Source: a virus. From it: a DNA stretch of 64,000 nt. The notes below the pieces were generated by a model. It searched no databases. It had not been told where the DNA came from and saw nothing but the letters and a program-made list of their open reading frames with translations. The DNA is taken from positions 1-64,000 of the IMG/VR virus record IMGVR_UViG_3300021197_001752; one strand, written 5' to 3'. Position numbers and translations under genes: made by a program. This document shows positions 35,043 through 46,321 of this stretch, one piece after another (within the stretch, counting starts at the first letter, position 1; each line of letters starts with the position of its first letter).

Positions 35043-36829
35043 TATCGTGCAACTCCTTGTATGTCTTGGTCTGGATCTTTTATTTCAAAAACTACAGTTG
35101 ATGGTGCGTATAGAATTCTACCATCTGGGCTGGTATTTATTTCTATATCGAAAGGAAACTGGCTATAGCCAGCATCTGTTTTCGTGTTCACACTCACCGA
35201 TATTGTATCCACTACCCCAGGTACACTGTTGAGAGTCTTATACAGATCCGTTATGTAGAAAGGTTCTCCAATATTCTTTTTGATTACCATATCATTTTTT
35301 AGACGATTTATACACTCATTAATTACATCAAACCTGTTTGATTCTAGATCAGTAACAACTTCAAAGTCTATTTCTAAGTTAACTATCTTACCAGGTAAAA
35401 TGTCTATTGTGTCATTGATCATCTTATATTGATTTAACCACAGCTTCAAATTGTGTAAAAGCGATGTTGGCGGATTTATAAAGTTTCCATCTTGGTCTTC
35501 TGAGATGACGTAAAGATTAAGATTTCTCTTGAATGAGTCTCTATCCTGTGCTATAGCTGCTCTTTTAATAGACCCATAACTTCCTGGCATCCTATAACAT
35601 AATGCAATATAATCCTGTTTGGTTACTGCTCTGTTTTGTGATGCATAAGAGTCAAAAGCTCTCATCCTTATTTCTTCTTGGGTGGGTGCCGAAACGTCGC
35701 CGATTATTGGTTCTTCATTCGTACTTTCAATTGAAGATTCAATAAAGTCAGTGACTGTAGAGTCTAAGGCAGATAATGATTTATATACCAAATTGACAGC
35801 CGAAGGTGAGTTTACTGTATTTACGCCAGCATTTGCTGTCTCTGTACTGTTGGACCTATAAATTACTGTTAAGATCGTATCTGTTGGCACTACACCAAAC
35901 TTATCGTTCTTTATAAGGTTACTAGGGTCGAAACTATCATCAGTTACATAATTTCTACCATGTACATCTAATACTACATCGGCAGGGTCTGCGATTAAGT
36001 CACCAGTTAGATTACCCTCTGATCCAAAACCAAATTGTAAAAATACTTCACCATCAATGAACTCACTCATGAACCTTCTGGGTACAGGCCTTATTCTTAG
36101 GTTATAAGGTACCACACTCTTATCAGAAGCATTATTAACAATTTGTTCATATATTACATTTTGTGATAGATATGGCACCTGGTAATATTCATTACCCTCT
36201 GAGTCTCTTATTGAAATAACTTCACTGATGTTTAGACCATCCATTTTGAGGCGAAGAAATTTAGTGAACGTTCCTACGGCAAATGTTTCTTGGTTCAATT
36301 CACCTGATATGACTTTCCCTTTGGACTTTATTGCGTAATAAGTGGGATCACCAGTAGCCTCATTGACACGACCAACCACCACCTCGTTTGAGGGATCAGA
36401 AAAATCTATGTCTTCTTGTAAAGTAAAGATACCAGAGGCTTCGGAATTGAAGGTGGTGCCCTTCTTCATAATCGGAATATAATCTATGTTTGGACCTCTA
36501 GTTGTAGTTGAGGCTGGTACTAACACATACACAGTTATGATACCCTCTGTTGCAACAGTTCCAGTCTGCTTATAACCCATCTGGCGGGCTAATCTAGTGA
36601 TATTATCTGTTTCTATTGCACTATCAAGAAAACTCTCATTTGCCTGATAATCAACATAAAAAGATAAGTTGTCTCCGATATAGGATACTGCATCTAACAT
36701 CAAAGAGCCGAACGATGCTTCGTTAAAGTCCTTAAATGTGTCGGGATAATAACGCTTTGCATGATCTATTAATGATTGCTTGATGCTCTCAAAATCACGG
36801 CTAACATAATTTACTGGTCTTTTAGCCAT
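35042..36829 (-). CDS. Baseplate wedge protein (T4 gp6/baseplate J-like)
   Basis: YVSRDFESIK..DFNEASFG.L.D..SY.GD..ESFLDSA; QNRAVTKQDY. Confidence 0.9.
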   Translation of the reverse strand: MAKRPVNYVSRDFESIKQSLIDHAKRYYPDTFKDFNEASFGSLMLDAVSYIGDNLSFYVDYQANESFLDSAIETDNITRLARQMGYKQTGTVATEGIITVYVLVPASTTTRGPNIDYIPIMKKGTTFNSEASGIFTLQEDIDFSDPSNEVVVGRVNEATGDPTYYAIKSKGKVISGELNQETFAVGTFTKFLRLKMDGLNISEVISIRDSEGNEYYQVPYLSQNVIYEQIVNNASDKSVVPYNLRIRPVPRRFMSEFIDGEVFLQFGFGSEGNLTGDLIADPADVVLDVHGRNYVTDDSFDPSNLIKNDKFGVVPTDTILTVIYRSNSTETANAGVNTVNSPSAVNLVYKSLSALDSTVTDFIESSIESTNEEPIIGDVSAPTQEEIRMRAFDSYASQNRAVTKQDYIALCYRMPGSYGSIKRAAIAQDRDSFKRNLNLYVISEDQDGNFINPPTSLLHNLKLWLNQYKMINDTIDILPGKIVNLEIDFEVVTDLESNRFDVINECINRLKNDMVIKKNIGEPFYITDLYKTLNSVPGVVDTISVSVNTKTDAGYSQFPFDIEINTSPDGRILYAPSTVVFEIKDPDQDIQGVAR

Positions 36830-36856
36830 AAATAATAAACTCCTACTAAAATATAT

Positions 36857-37255
36857 TTAGTTTATTGATTCAAATATAGTAAGTGTATCCGACTCATTTA
36901 TAGGCGTAATTTCATATCTTATTCGTATTTGTAGCTGGTTTAGTGCTACTTCCTGACTTTCTGTCGAAGATATAAACTCAATTTCTGTAAGCTCTATGAA
37001 TGGTAGATACGTCGCAACCTGTTTGTTTATTTCGGCTCTTATCTGTTCTAATAGCGAAGGTGTGAAATTGCTAAATAAGAAAGATCTAAGACCGACGCCA
37101 AAGTCAGGTAGCATTACACGTTCGCCCTTGCTAGTCAAAAGGATGTTCTTGAAATTTTGCTGAATAGAATCTCTTATGGTTTTATTGAGACCATATGGTC
37201 CATCCTCTTTTGTATAGGCTAAAGGCAATGCTACTGAAATACCTACTCTTGACAA
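36857..37255 (-). CDS. Baseplate wedge/sheath initiator (gp25/GPW-like)
   Basis: NILLTSKGERVMLPDFGVGL..FLF..YLPFI. Confidence 0.9.
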   Translation of the reverse strand: MSRVGISVALPLAYTKEDGPYGLNKTIRDSIQQNFKNILLTSKGERVMLPDFGVGLRSFLFSNFTPSLLEQIRAEINKQVATYLPFIELTEIEFISSTESQEVALNQLQIRIRYEITPINESDTLTIFESIN

Positions 37256-37266
37256 GACTTACTCTC

Positions 37267-40200
37267 CTAGATCAGTGGATCAAAAAACTTTCTAAGTAAC
37301 ATATCTGCGTCTATCGAGGGTTTTACAAATGTAGTGCCCAGTAGACCAGTTGTGTTACAAGAGGTGTCTAAGTAAATAGTTGATACCGCCAGAAGCGGCT
37401 CAACTGGATATAAGTATCTGGAGATATCGTCACGTACCATATTATGATTGCCAGCCTGACCCACTATGGAATCCTTTTGTACCCCAATAGGACCTCGGTC
37501 AGTTACTCGCTCCGTCAGATCAATTGATTCAAATAAAATTTTGTTAGGCTCGTCAGGATCGTCTATAAAAATACCGTCCAAAAATACTGATACAACATCG
37601 GCTATTTCAAAGTCGTCCTCTGCCAATACCTTTTCATATAGGTCCAAAACACCTTGATCCTCTAATGCAAAAGTTATTTTCCTTGTAAGGTAGTTTTCTA
37701 TAACCTCCCTAAAGATACGATCATTGTATTGCCCTTCTCCCTTGGATGCGAATCTAATTCTTTGCCCACTTGGTGAATTAAACAAAGGCCATATTGCACA
37801 CAAGAATGACATCAGTCGTGCGCCTATACCAACAGTGGCAGTTGTTCTTTTTATTTTTTTCTCAAAGTTTGGTCCTGCATTGACTAAAGTAGCTTCTTCC
37901 TGTAAGTCGGCATAAAGCTTCTCGTATGCCTTCCCTGCATTGAATATCCCAGACTCAAAATAATCTTGTCTTGGGTTTTTCTTGAGATTGATATCATCTT
38001 TTCTAAAATAAGCATTGAATATTTCCATGTCATTACCACGATCAATTACCAGATTCTCCATTAAAGGATAGGGGTACTTGCCTGTTTCGTGTGACTCGGG
38101 CGCTCTTAGATATGCTGCTTCACCGTCTTCTTCGCTGCCGACTATATGTGCCTGTTCTATTTGATCAACCGAGATACCAAATCCGTATATATCTTCTTGA
38201 TGCTCGCTCAGATATTCACTCAGCAAAGTCGCCACCTCGGTCCTCTGGAGTGATCTTGGGAGTCGATGATGGTTTGGAATATCATATTTCCTATCGGGTT
38301 GTGTTTGTAAAAATACTAAAACATTCCTGTCTTGTTCCATTTCCTCCTTAAGATTCTCTAAGAACTGACCCTCCTCGTCAAGATAAGTTTCACGGCGGTT
38401 GGCTTGAGGATCAGGTTTTATATCATGAACTATAATTGTTACTATATTATTTGGTATTTCCTGCAATTCATCTCTTTGTTCTACATGGGCATATTTATCA
38501 GCCAATTCACCTGGTAGGGTTGGACCTCGGTCTGTTGGTTCTGTGGGTGCCGACACTACTATTCTAAGATTACCAACACGGTACTCGTCATGCTGTACAT
38601 TATAGCTAACTGCTACACGCTCTGCATTTAAACCACCTGATCCTCTCAAGACTAAATTACGATCGTCTGACACACGGACTAATTGTTCTGATCCATATGT
38701 TTGATCGTCAACGCCTGGAATAAAACCAATATCAAAGCCGCCATATTTGGGAGGTGTGCGACCGAGGATAAATGATTTAGCATCTGATGTGATAAATGCT
38801 TGCGTTCCCGCCGCTATTGCAGAAGAAGCATTAGCCTGAAGAGAGGAAATGGCATCAGGTGCTTTTATGTTGTTGAGAGCATTTATCAAAGCATTGTTGG
38901 CTAGGTTTTCAAAATCACACATTGATTTTATTTTATCTGCTGCTCTCCTTATCTCTTCATCAGCTTGATTTTTAATTTGTTTATCTGTAAGACCTTTATC
39001 TCTCAATAGATCTAAAGCTTTACTTGCTGCCCTAACATAGTCTGCCTTATTGCAGTAGTCAACATAAAATTCCTCTGGCACTATGCCCTTCTTTATTTCA
39101 TCTGATACATTGTCACCGATTTTGTCAAATAGTAAATCTATCTGATCTTCTAATAAGAGTCCAGCAAATTGCTCACGCACCAACTGCATTATCAACGGTC
39201 CTGCATTTCCAGACAATAGAGCTAGCATCTCCATGGAGTTTAGACAGTCCGATACTTTCTCAAAGATTTCTTGAAGTTGCTCTAGAGGGAGTTCTATCCC
39301 AAGCTCATCAACAAGTTTGTTGAGATCTATATCTCCGATTAGATCACCAAGGCGAGATTTACCATACTCTAATAGTTGTGCAGGATTTTTTATATCTCCT
39401 AATTTAGCAATACTATCATCAAGAAGTGGAATATTTTCACAGTCTAAATATTTTTCAAGTGCTTCTTGAACTAAAGCTACCAAAACTTCTCTTAGAGCTT
39501 CTTTGAGTATTTCAGATACTATTTTTAGTATAAATGATAAAAGACCCTCAATAGGTATGAAAGGTATGCTTATTCCAAATAGATTGCGAATTTTGTCTTC
39601 TATTAGCTGATCAAGTGGTAAATTGTTCAAGTCTCGACCAAGGAGTTGGTTCTTCAGTGAATCACCGATTTGGTCTAAGGCACAAGCCAGGTCGTTTTGT
39701 AAAAAGTCCTCAAATTCAGAAGATGGAGCGCAAACAAGTTTTGATGCTCTTGTAGAAAGAGTAGCATCAAGACCCTCCCCCTGGTCACCAGCGCCTGCAA
39801 AGGCCCCTGGTGTATAACCTTCTGCTAGATCTTTCATAGCGAACAACTTTTGTAAGTCCTGTAGGAGCGAATCTCGCAGAGCAGCAAATAATTCATCTAA
39901 TGATATCTGATCTAATACTAAGTCAAATAGGTCAGATAGCTCCTTGATCTGGTCTAAGAGTTGTGGTAGATTACCACAGTTCATGACTGCATCTTCTACT
40001 AGCGGTTCTAGAGACTTTGCTTTTCTTTCTATTTTTTGTTTTTTCTCAATAAAAGATTGTATATTGATAGCTTCGGATTCTTTTTGAGCCGCTGAAACCG
40101 TTCTAATCTGTGCCCCAGGTTTGGTGGCTGATTGGTCTGTATATGCCACCTGAGAGTCTGCTACAATATCATCTGATTCTATTTCTGTTCCTGTACTTGT

Positions 40201-42684
40201 CAGGCTCTGAGATGCTATTTGATCGTCACCATCATCAGTAAGTTTATTTTTGTTATTAACTTTAGTTGGATTGATAGTTGGTGCTGGGTAAGTGTATAGG
40301 CGGACAAAATCTACCCATGGCGTGAGCTTTCGATCGCTAGCATTTGGTGGGTTGTTTTTTACTATTTCCTCTGCAAAAAACACATATCCAAATTCAGTTT
40401 GTTTATAGATCCTAAAATAGTTTTTGTCGCTCTCTAGCTGCGATGGAAACTGTCCCTCTGGTTGATCTTGTATGGAATCTATTTCTAAAGTAGTGGCTAT
40501 TTCGTTATCTATTGTTGCCCTCTTGAAGCCGCTGAAGTACATCCTAGATTTATATATAATGTGCAACATTTGATAATCATTGGTAAGCCCTATTTCTATT
40601 TGATCGTTTGCATCTGGGTATACACCATTGTATGCTAGGGCTGATCTTATCTTACTGGTGAACTTAGATAGAGCCGAAGATTGCCTATATAAATTGACTC
40701 CTATATCAGCCGATCCCAATCCCTGTCCAGCAACAATGCGTGCATATTTTCTAACAATGTGCGAAGCTGTCTCGAATAAAGGGTCCATCTTTTCTAAAGT
40801 AAAAGATATATTTTTTTCTGACCTTTTTTGGCTGGCTAATATAGCTCTCTGGAGGGTTAGTTCATCTAGATCAGTTTTGATATTGCCAGATGCTGCTGAC
40901 TTGTCAAATTCTGTTTTCTTTATTATCAAGGCTATAAGTGGTGCTGAATTTGGTCTTGGGTCAAAGTGAGTCTTCATCTCATGACTCAGAGTGCTAGGCA
41001 TATCAGTTATCGGCTTGTTTAGGTGGTTGCACAAAGCACGATACATCAATTCTTTTAACTCAGGTTCTTCGGCTCGATAGTCTAAGCTGTCCTCAACATC
41101 TGCTGGGGCTTTCATCACTACAAAATAAGAGCCTTCGTCCTTGGCTAGGGCAACTGACTCTGGGTATCTGGGATTATAATAAGAATTGGGGACGCCTCTA
41201 TCAGAGTTAACATTGGTTGTCCAGTCATCATAGTTAAATGCATCTTCTGCTCTATTGTTGGAAGTTATAGCATTGGCATCCGCTTCTTGCTTCTGTTCAG
41301 TAGGTGTTACGTTTTGAACTTTTTCTAGTTTTTGTATATAAACAGTCGGCTCGTCGTCCAAGCGTGGGCCTGGAACTTTCTTTATTTCGTACGCAAATTT
41401 CTCTCTACTAGGATCGGTGGCGGTATCGTAAAAATCTTTTGTGTATTCGTTTACATTTGACCATTTTCTATCGTTTTCATCATCTAATAATCCATCATCG
41501 CCTGCGGCTTGCATAATTCTATTCAGGTGGCTATTAGATATACTACCAACTAAGGATGTTTCTCCCACACTTGGATCTGCGGGTGCGGGTTTCGCATTAG
41601 GCAATTGTGATACCCAAACCGCTCCTTCTGCCAATATTTTTGCATATAATATCTGCCTACCAAGTGGCTTTGTTTGATCCATTTGGAGTGATGCGTTTCT
41701 GGTTGTTGTACCAGACTTAAGCTCCGCTTCCTTTCGCTTTGCTTGAGTTTCTTGCGCTGATAAAGATGCGGTTGTGCTGTCTAGCTCTTTTTGTTCTGCT
41801 TTAGTAGGGATAGTTTGGGCAGTCAAAGGTATAACTGGTTTTCTTGTAGATGCAGTTGCAGTTTGTGTATACATGCCTCTGCCAACCATTATCTCTCTTG
41901 CTAACCTAGTGCCTGGCTCATCTTCTGTAGAAGTCTTTTCCAGGTATAAGAACTTGTATTTTGTTTCTCTAAATAAGAAACCTCTAGTTTCTACTGTGAA
42001 TCCTGCTATCACGTGAGGGTGCAGAGTAGCAAAGTAGATTGCATCCAATAAAGTAAATTCAATCTTGACTGGTGGGAAGGCACGGTTGAACGGTACCCTA
42101 TTAGCTCCTCTTGTTTCCACCGTAAATGGAAATGACATTGGTGCTAGCTTAGTGGCTTGTTGTTTCATAAGTTTATATTTAAACTTAAGTTTTGATGTTT
42201 CCGATATCCGAACTGCATCCTCGGGCGTGGTTGGATTATTTATATCTTCGCTTGGGGGATTATAACGATATCTCAATCCTGCCCTGTATGTATTGAACCA
42301 TGTGCCTTGACTTGTTATGGCAAGATCGATTAATCGTTCTTCTGGATAGCCTCCGTGAAATGCATCCTCGCTTGTAAATATAGTAATATCTGGATTTGGA
42401 TCAATAATAGACCTTTCCTCAACAGATAAGGGGTCTGCGGAGATTTTTCCTTCATATCCAAGATCTTCTTGTGCTGCTTGTGCTGGTACTTCTTCTTGAG
42501 GTATCCTGCCTGTGGCTCTATGAGTTTGTCCATTGGCGTCTACCATGACCACCGTTGCCTGGTTATCACGAACACTTACATTTATTTGACTTATACCATT
42601 TTGCCTAAAATAGGCAAGCTCGGCGTCTGGTGTATCAGGCTGATCTCTGTATAAACTGTATAACTGCTCAAAACTGTGTGACAT
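37267..42684 (-). CDS. 1805-aa hypothetical virion-module protein, helical central region
   Basis: Long ORF between hub-like and wedge genes; no family recognised. Confidence 0.55.
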   Translation of the reverse strand: MSHSFEQLYSLYRDQPDTPDAELAYFRQNGISQINVSVRDNQATVVMVDANGQTHRATGRIPQEEVPAQAAQEDLGYEGKISADPLSVEERSIIDPNPDITIFTSEDAFHGGYPEERLIDLAITSQGTWFNTYRAGLRYRYNPPSEDINNPTTPEDAVRISETSKLKFKYKLMKQQATKLAPMSFPFTVETRGANRVPFNRAFPPVKIEFTLLDAIYFATLHPHVIAGFTVETRGFLFRETKYKFLYLEKTSTEDEPGTRLAREIMVGRGMYTQTATASTRKPVIPLTAQTIPTKAEQKELDSTTASLSAQETQAKRKEAELKSGTTTRNASLQMDQTKPLGRQILYAKILAEGAVWVSQLPNAKPAPADPSVGETSLVGSISNSHLNRIMQAAGDDGLLDDENDRKWSNVNEYTKDFYDTATDPSREKFAYEIKKVPGPRLDDEPTVYIQKLEKVQNVTPTEQKQEADANAITSNNRAEDAFNYDDWTTNVNSDRGVPNSYYNPRYPESVALAKDEGSYFVVMKAPADVEDSLDYRAEEPELKELMYRALCNHLNKPITDMPSTLSHEMKTHFDPRPNSAPLIALIIKKTEFDKSAASGNIKTDLDELTLQRAILASQKRSEKNISFTLEKMDPLFETASHIVRKYARIVAGQGLGSADIGVNLYRQSSALSKFTSKIRSALAYNGVYPDANDQIEIGLTNDYQMLHIIYKSRMYFSGFKRATIDNEIATTLEIDSIQDQPEGQFPSQLESDKNYFRIYKQTEFGYVFFAEEIVKNNPPNASDRKLTPWVDFVRLYTYPAPTINPTKVNNKNKLTDDGDDQIASQSLTSTGTEIESDDIVADSQVAYTDQSATKPGAQIRTVSAAQKESEAINIQSFIEKKQKIERKAKSLEPLVEDAVMNCGNLPQLLDQIKELSDLFDLVLDQISLDELFAALRDSLLQDLQKLFAMKDLAEGYTPGAFAGAGDQGEGLDATLSTRASKLVCAPSSEFEDFLQNDLACALDQIGDSLKNQLLGRDLNNLPLDQLIEDKIRNLFGISIPFIPIEGLLSFILKIVSEILKEALREVLVALVQEALEKYLDCENIPLLDDSIAKLGDIKNPAQLLEYGKSRLGDLIGDIDLNKLVDELGIELPLEQLQEIFEKVSDCLNSMEMLALLSGNAGPLIMQLVREQFAGLLLEDQIDLLFDKIGDNVSDEIKKGIVPEEFYVDYCNKADYVRAASKALDLLRDKGLTDKQIKNQADEEIRRAADKIKSMCDFENLANNALINALNNIKAPDAISSLQANASSAIAAGTQAFITSDAKSFILGRTPPKYGGFDIGFIPGVDDQTYGSEQLVRVSDDRNLVLRGSGGLNAERVAVSYNVQHDEYRVGNLRIVVSAPTEPTDRGPTLPGELADKYAHVEQRDELQEIPNNIVTIIVHDIKPDPQANRRETYLDEEGQFLENLKEEMEQDRNVLVFLQTQPDRKYDIPNHHRLPRSLQRTEVATLLSEYLSEHQEDIYGFGISVDQIEQAHIVGSEEDGEAAYLRAPESHETGKYPYPLMENLVIDRGNDMEIFNAYFRKDDINLKKNPRQDYFESGIFNAGKAYEKLYADLQEEATLVNAGPNFEKKIKRTTATVGIGARLMSFLCAIWPLFNSPSGQRIRFASKGEGQYNDRIFREVIENYLTRKITFALEDQGVLDLYEKVLAEDDFEIADVVSVFLDGIFIDDPDEPNKILFESIDLTERVTDRGPIGVQKDSIVGQAGNHNMVRDDISRYLYPVEPLLAVSTIYLDTSCNTTGLLGTTFVKPSIDADMLLRKFFDPLI

Positions 42685-42693
42685 CTATATTTC

Positions 42694-43608
42694 CTAATTC
42701 GTCATATTATATCTACTATAGATTTTGTTTTTATCGTATTTTAGTTTCAACTCTTTGAAGTTAGCCAAATTTGCCTGGAAGGTTGCAATGAACGACAAAG
42801 ACATAGTGTTAAATACAAGCGCAGTTGCTGCACCTGCTGGTGCTGTACCGATGCTTCCTGGCCATGGTATTGCATTACCAATAGCTAAAGCGTTGATAGC
42901 AATACCTTGTTTTTCCACGATCATACTAAGTTGTTTCACCAATTCTGTCATGTCCTCAAAAGCCTTGACCACACTTTTACCTTTTGCTATTGGTTGCATA
43001 TCTGATGTATCGTTACCTGCTATTAATTCAATACCGATTGGCTTTGTTATTGGCTTACCTAATGAATTTTTCTTATCAACCCCAGTAACTATCTTAACAC
43101 CTTCACGACCAACAAGTCTAATACAATCTGCTTTCATTATGGCAGCGGATCGACCCTTAGGAGCGCCATATCGACCGCCTGTACTTATATGAAAATTTCT
43201 ATCTATGTCTGTTTTCTGAGATAAGTATATTGTAGCAGCGTCTAAGATAGGGTCAGGGTTCAAAAATTGGGATTCTGTCTTGAGTGGGTTTTCAGAAATG
43301 ATTTTTTCTTCTTTTACATTTCTCCCGTGTAAGCCTGCAATGAATCTAATAGTTGAAGCATGAGTATGACCTTTGCCGCCATAACCGCTGTTTTCGTCAG
43401 TTGGGCGATCACGACCAAGAATTATAAAGTTATTATTCTCTCCTTGATATACTGTTTCAGAATCTACTTGATTATAATTTCCGTGTGGCTCTACTAATCT
43501 AGAGTTTGAACCACCAAGAGATTTATTACCTGGTCCCTGTTTTACTTTTTTTCTATTTGCAGATACACCCGACTGGTCTACTGCTTTTATTCTTGTGCCA
43601 CCTGACAT
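42694..43608 (-). CDS. Putative baseplate hub/spike-associated protein
   Basis: IILGRDRP..IYLSQKTD.D..KAD.IRLVGREG.KI beta-strand pattern; adjacent to the lysin and gp25 genes. Confidence 0.45.
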   Translation of the reverse strand: MSGGTRIKAVDQSGVSANRKKVKQGPGNKSLGGSNSRLVEPHGNYNQVDSETVYQGENNNFIILGRDRPTDENSGYGGKGHTHASTIRFIAGLHGRNVKEEKIISENPLKTESQFLNPDPILDAATIYLSQKTDIDRNFHISTGGRYGAPKGRSAAIMKADCIRLVGREGVKIVTGVDKKNSLGKPITKPIGIELIAGNDTSDMQPIAKGKSVVKAFEDMTELVKQLSMIVEKQGIAINALAIGNAIPWPGSIGTAPAGAATALVFNTMSLSFIATFQANLANFKELKLKYDKNKIYSRYNMTN

Positions 43609-43617
43609 TATTAACTC

Positions 43618-46023
43618 CTAAGTGTTCCTTTGTTCCCAAAATTCATACTCTTGGCGGCGCTGGGCTTGGGTCGCTCTTCTCTGACGTGCTCTTTCTTTTG
43701 CGGGTACTACTCCTGCTAGCCCATCCCAACTACCATGGTTTTTCTTCACTTTAGAAAATCTTTTACTAGTTGCGCTACTACCAACATATACAAAGTGCCA
43801 TCGTTCTGAGGAAACAGTTCTTATGAAGCCATATCTGTGGGCGTTCTCAGCCATCCACTTCCATGGTTGCACCGCATCATTTTTTGTGCCTTGCCAGTTA
43901 TGGGCTGGTTTTCCCTTGTATCGCCTGGCTTTTGATCTGTGATCATAAAATCTGTCTTCTTCATATGTTGCTTTTTTCCTCTTGAAAGCCAGACCGCCGC
44001 CTGCGGCAGTTTGGAAATCTACTGCTATACCAGAGTTATGATTGGAATAACCAGGCTTAGCCACAGGTATTCTAAAATATTTTCTTTGCGGTGCTCGGCT
44101 GGCTAACCATTTTTCAGCGGCAGCATTGCCTTCACCACCACGGCGGTTATATTCTTCTCTCCATTTAGGCTTCAGGAGGTCTCTTCTGGCTTTAAGCTGC
44201 ACGTCATATGATCTGTATGTAGAATTTATTTGTAATGGTGGTCCATTAGGAACATCTTTTTTATATGCTGCTATCATATTTTTGATCGGCTCTTCTAAGC
44301 TTTTCGCTATTAGGCCTTTCTTTCCCTTAGCAGATCTAACGGGACCATCCTTAATAATTTCAATAGCTGGGATTGCACCTTTAAATTTACCCCTAACCCA
44401 AGAATCAAGTGTAAGCCCATCCTCTGATGGGGGAGAGGCAGCAGGCCTAGGATTGTTGGCTGGTATATTATCACGGCACAGAATGTCTGTTCCTTCGAGC
44501 TTATCATAAGCGAACTTCAAAAGATCGCCGTATTTTTGAGCCTGACCACGACCATTATAATAAGTTGCTAATTTGATGAAATCATAATTTCCTGTTTTTG
44601 CTCCTGCTTTTGCAACCCGACGCCAGTGATAACTGCCCTCGATCCATGTTATGAGTAGTCTATCCGAGACAGCCTCAGGATCACTATCATAGGCTTGCAT
44701 AGCTGCTTCGGGATCATTCTTAAACTCCTTAAGTAAAGATCGACCCATCACCTGAAACTGCCCAAACGAAGTTGATTGAATAGCAGCTATTGGGTCCAAA
44801 GCGTATGCCTTGTTGAAAGCGGCTCTATTAGTTTCTTTACTTACTCTGGAAATATACCAAGCTCTGTCTGGGCTCGCTGGTGGTTTAGGATTACGAGGTG
44901 TCCAAGGTACTTTATTTCTTAGGTCTGGCCTAGCCTTATCAATGTTTCGTGATTTTATTCCGCCTACAAATATATGTGGTTCAAACCTTACAGCACGGGC
45001 GTTGCCTTTGCTTTCTACTTCCATAAATGCTAACAGCAATCTTGGTGGTATCCCCACCCTCTTTGCCAATTCTTCTACTCTACAGAATTTATTTGATGAG
45101 TCTCCCTTTCTACTTTGTCCTTGATTAGGGGATACACCGTTTCCTTCATCGGTAGTCTCACTAAGCTGGTATGATTTATTACACACTATATCAAACGATT
45201 GTTGCTTAGGTGGAGTCTCTATCTTGTTTGGTACTTCTGCTGGTGTCTCAGGATTCTTTTTTGTTTCGGCTTTTACTGGTGCCGTGGAACCTGACGGTGC
45301 AACATCGGTAGTTGTCCACCTGCTATTTGGGGCAGCGACGCCAGTTAAAGATTCTACCTCTTTTGGGTCAGTTGCAGTATTTTCTACTTTTATTTCAGCT
45401 TGTTGGGCAATGTTTTTTGCTGGTAAGGATTCACCCATTGCATGAGTTGTCTTCATCTTAGTTGGCACTACTTCACCACAAGAATCAGCCGCTGTAAAGA
45501 TAGAGAAGTCGTCCTCTTGTTTTTGACCACCTAGAGCATAACCAAGAATGATGCCACCATTCCTGATATTTTTATTATTCCACATCACCATTAAAATCGA
45601 TCCAACTGGAGGTATCGAGTTTATAGTGTTTAGGTCACATGTAAATCTAGGGTATTGCCTAATAATTGGATCGTCTATCGATGTAGGATGACGCAGAACC
45701 ATACCTGGCACTAAACATCTAACAGAAATAGATTTGTCACCTGTAGCTGTATATATAAGCTTGTGACCACCAATCAGTTCTCTATCGCCAATCGATGGTG
45801 ATCTTACTTTACTTTCCAGATTGTGTACCACCATAGCTGGTACCCATGTGCGCCCAGCAAAGCTATCTGTTGAGTTTCGTTCCTGTTGTATCTCTTTGAA
45901 AGTCTCGCCAGAATCTTTGGGATTTGTAAGACTGAATGATTCAGTATTGTGACTTTTCTCTTCGTGCATCTTTTGAAACAATTCAAGCACGGTAGCTTTC
46001 TGGCTTTTATTTTCTACGGACAT
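43618..46023 (-). CDS. Virion-associated peptidoglycan hydrolase: N-acetylmuramidase (DUF3380-like) + M15/VanY-like peptidase
   Basis: EVES..RFEPHIF..STSFGQFQVMG..YNG; S.YRS...Q..AKPGYSNH..G.AVD..WM..NA..YGF..E.WH. Confidence 0.85.
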   Translation of the reverse strand: MSVENKSQKATVLELFQKMHEEKSHNTESFSLTNPKDSGETFKEIQQERNSTDSFAGRTWVPAMVVHNLESKVRSPSIGDRELIGGHKLIYTATGDKSISVRCLVPGMVLRHPTSIDDPIIRQYPRFTCDLNTINSIPPVGSILMVMWNNKNIRNGGIILGYALGGQKQEDDFSIFTAADSCGEVVPTKMKTTHAMGESLPAKNIAQQAEIKVENTATDPKEVESLTGVAAPNSRWTTTDVAPSGSTAPVKAETKKNPETPAEVPNKIETPPKQQSFDIVCNKSYQLSETTDEGNGVSPNQGQSRKGDSSNKFCRVEELAKRVGIPPRLLLAFMEVESKGNARAVRFEPHIFVGGIKSRNIDKARPDLRNKVPWTPRNPKPPASPDRAWYISRVSKETNRAAFNKAYALDPIAAIQSTSFGQFQVMGRSLLKEFKNDPEAAMQAYDSDPEAVSDRLLITWIEGSYHWRRVAKAGAKTGNYDFIKLATYYNGRGQAQKYGDLLKFAYDKLEGTDILCRDNIPANNPRPAASPPSEDGLTLDSWVRGKFKGAIPAIEIIKDGPVRSAKGKKGLIAKSLEEPIKNMIAAYKKDVPNGPPLQINSTYRSYDVQLKARRDLLKPKWREEYNRRGGEGNAAAEKWLASRAPQRKYFRIPVAKPGYSNHNSGIAVDFQTAAGGGLAFKRKKATYEEDRFYDHRSKARRYKGKPAHNWQGTKNDAVQPWKWMAENAHRYGFIRTVSSERWHFVYVGSSATSKRFSKVKKNHGSWDGLAGVVPAKERARQRRATQAQRRQEYEFWEQRNT

Positions 46024-46317
46024 TTATCCCTGTCCTTGGATCATATCAAATAGATCATCCTTATCTTCTTCTGATAGCGACTGGCTTTTGGTTGTTGCCT
46101 CTTTCTTATGTACAATTGCAGCAAGCTTGACTAACTGTTCGTTAGAACGCTGTAAAGTCTCTACTAACTTTGCCGCCACTGTTCCTGATTCAGCATATCT
46201 GTCTTTAGCTCCTGAAAGATAATCTTTTAGTTCTTTCAGTAGCTCTTCTGTTGTACTTCTGTCCTGCTCTATGTTAAGAAGAGCTTTGGTTATCAATACA
46301 TCTAAATTTTGTCCCAT
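46024..46317 (-). CDS. Hypothetical helical protein
   Basis: ORF with GAGG RBS, tightly packed. Confidence 0.6.
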   Translation of the reverse strand: MGQNLDVLITKALLNIEQDRSTTEELLKELKDYLSGAKDRYAESGTVAAKLVETLQRSNEQLVKLAAIVHKKEATTKSQSLSEEDKDDLFDMIQGQG

Positions 46318-46321
46318 TCAT

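Noticed and set aside
35042-46023. Baseplate genes as a bacterial eCIS/T6SS locus
   Set aside because: They are embedded with primase, recombination nuclease, resolvase and a phage sigma factor in a single-strand phage-like layout.
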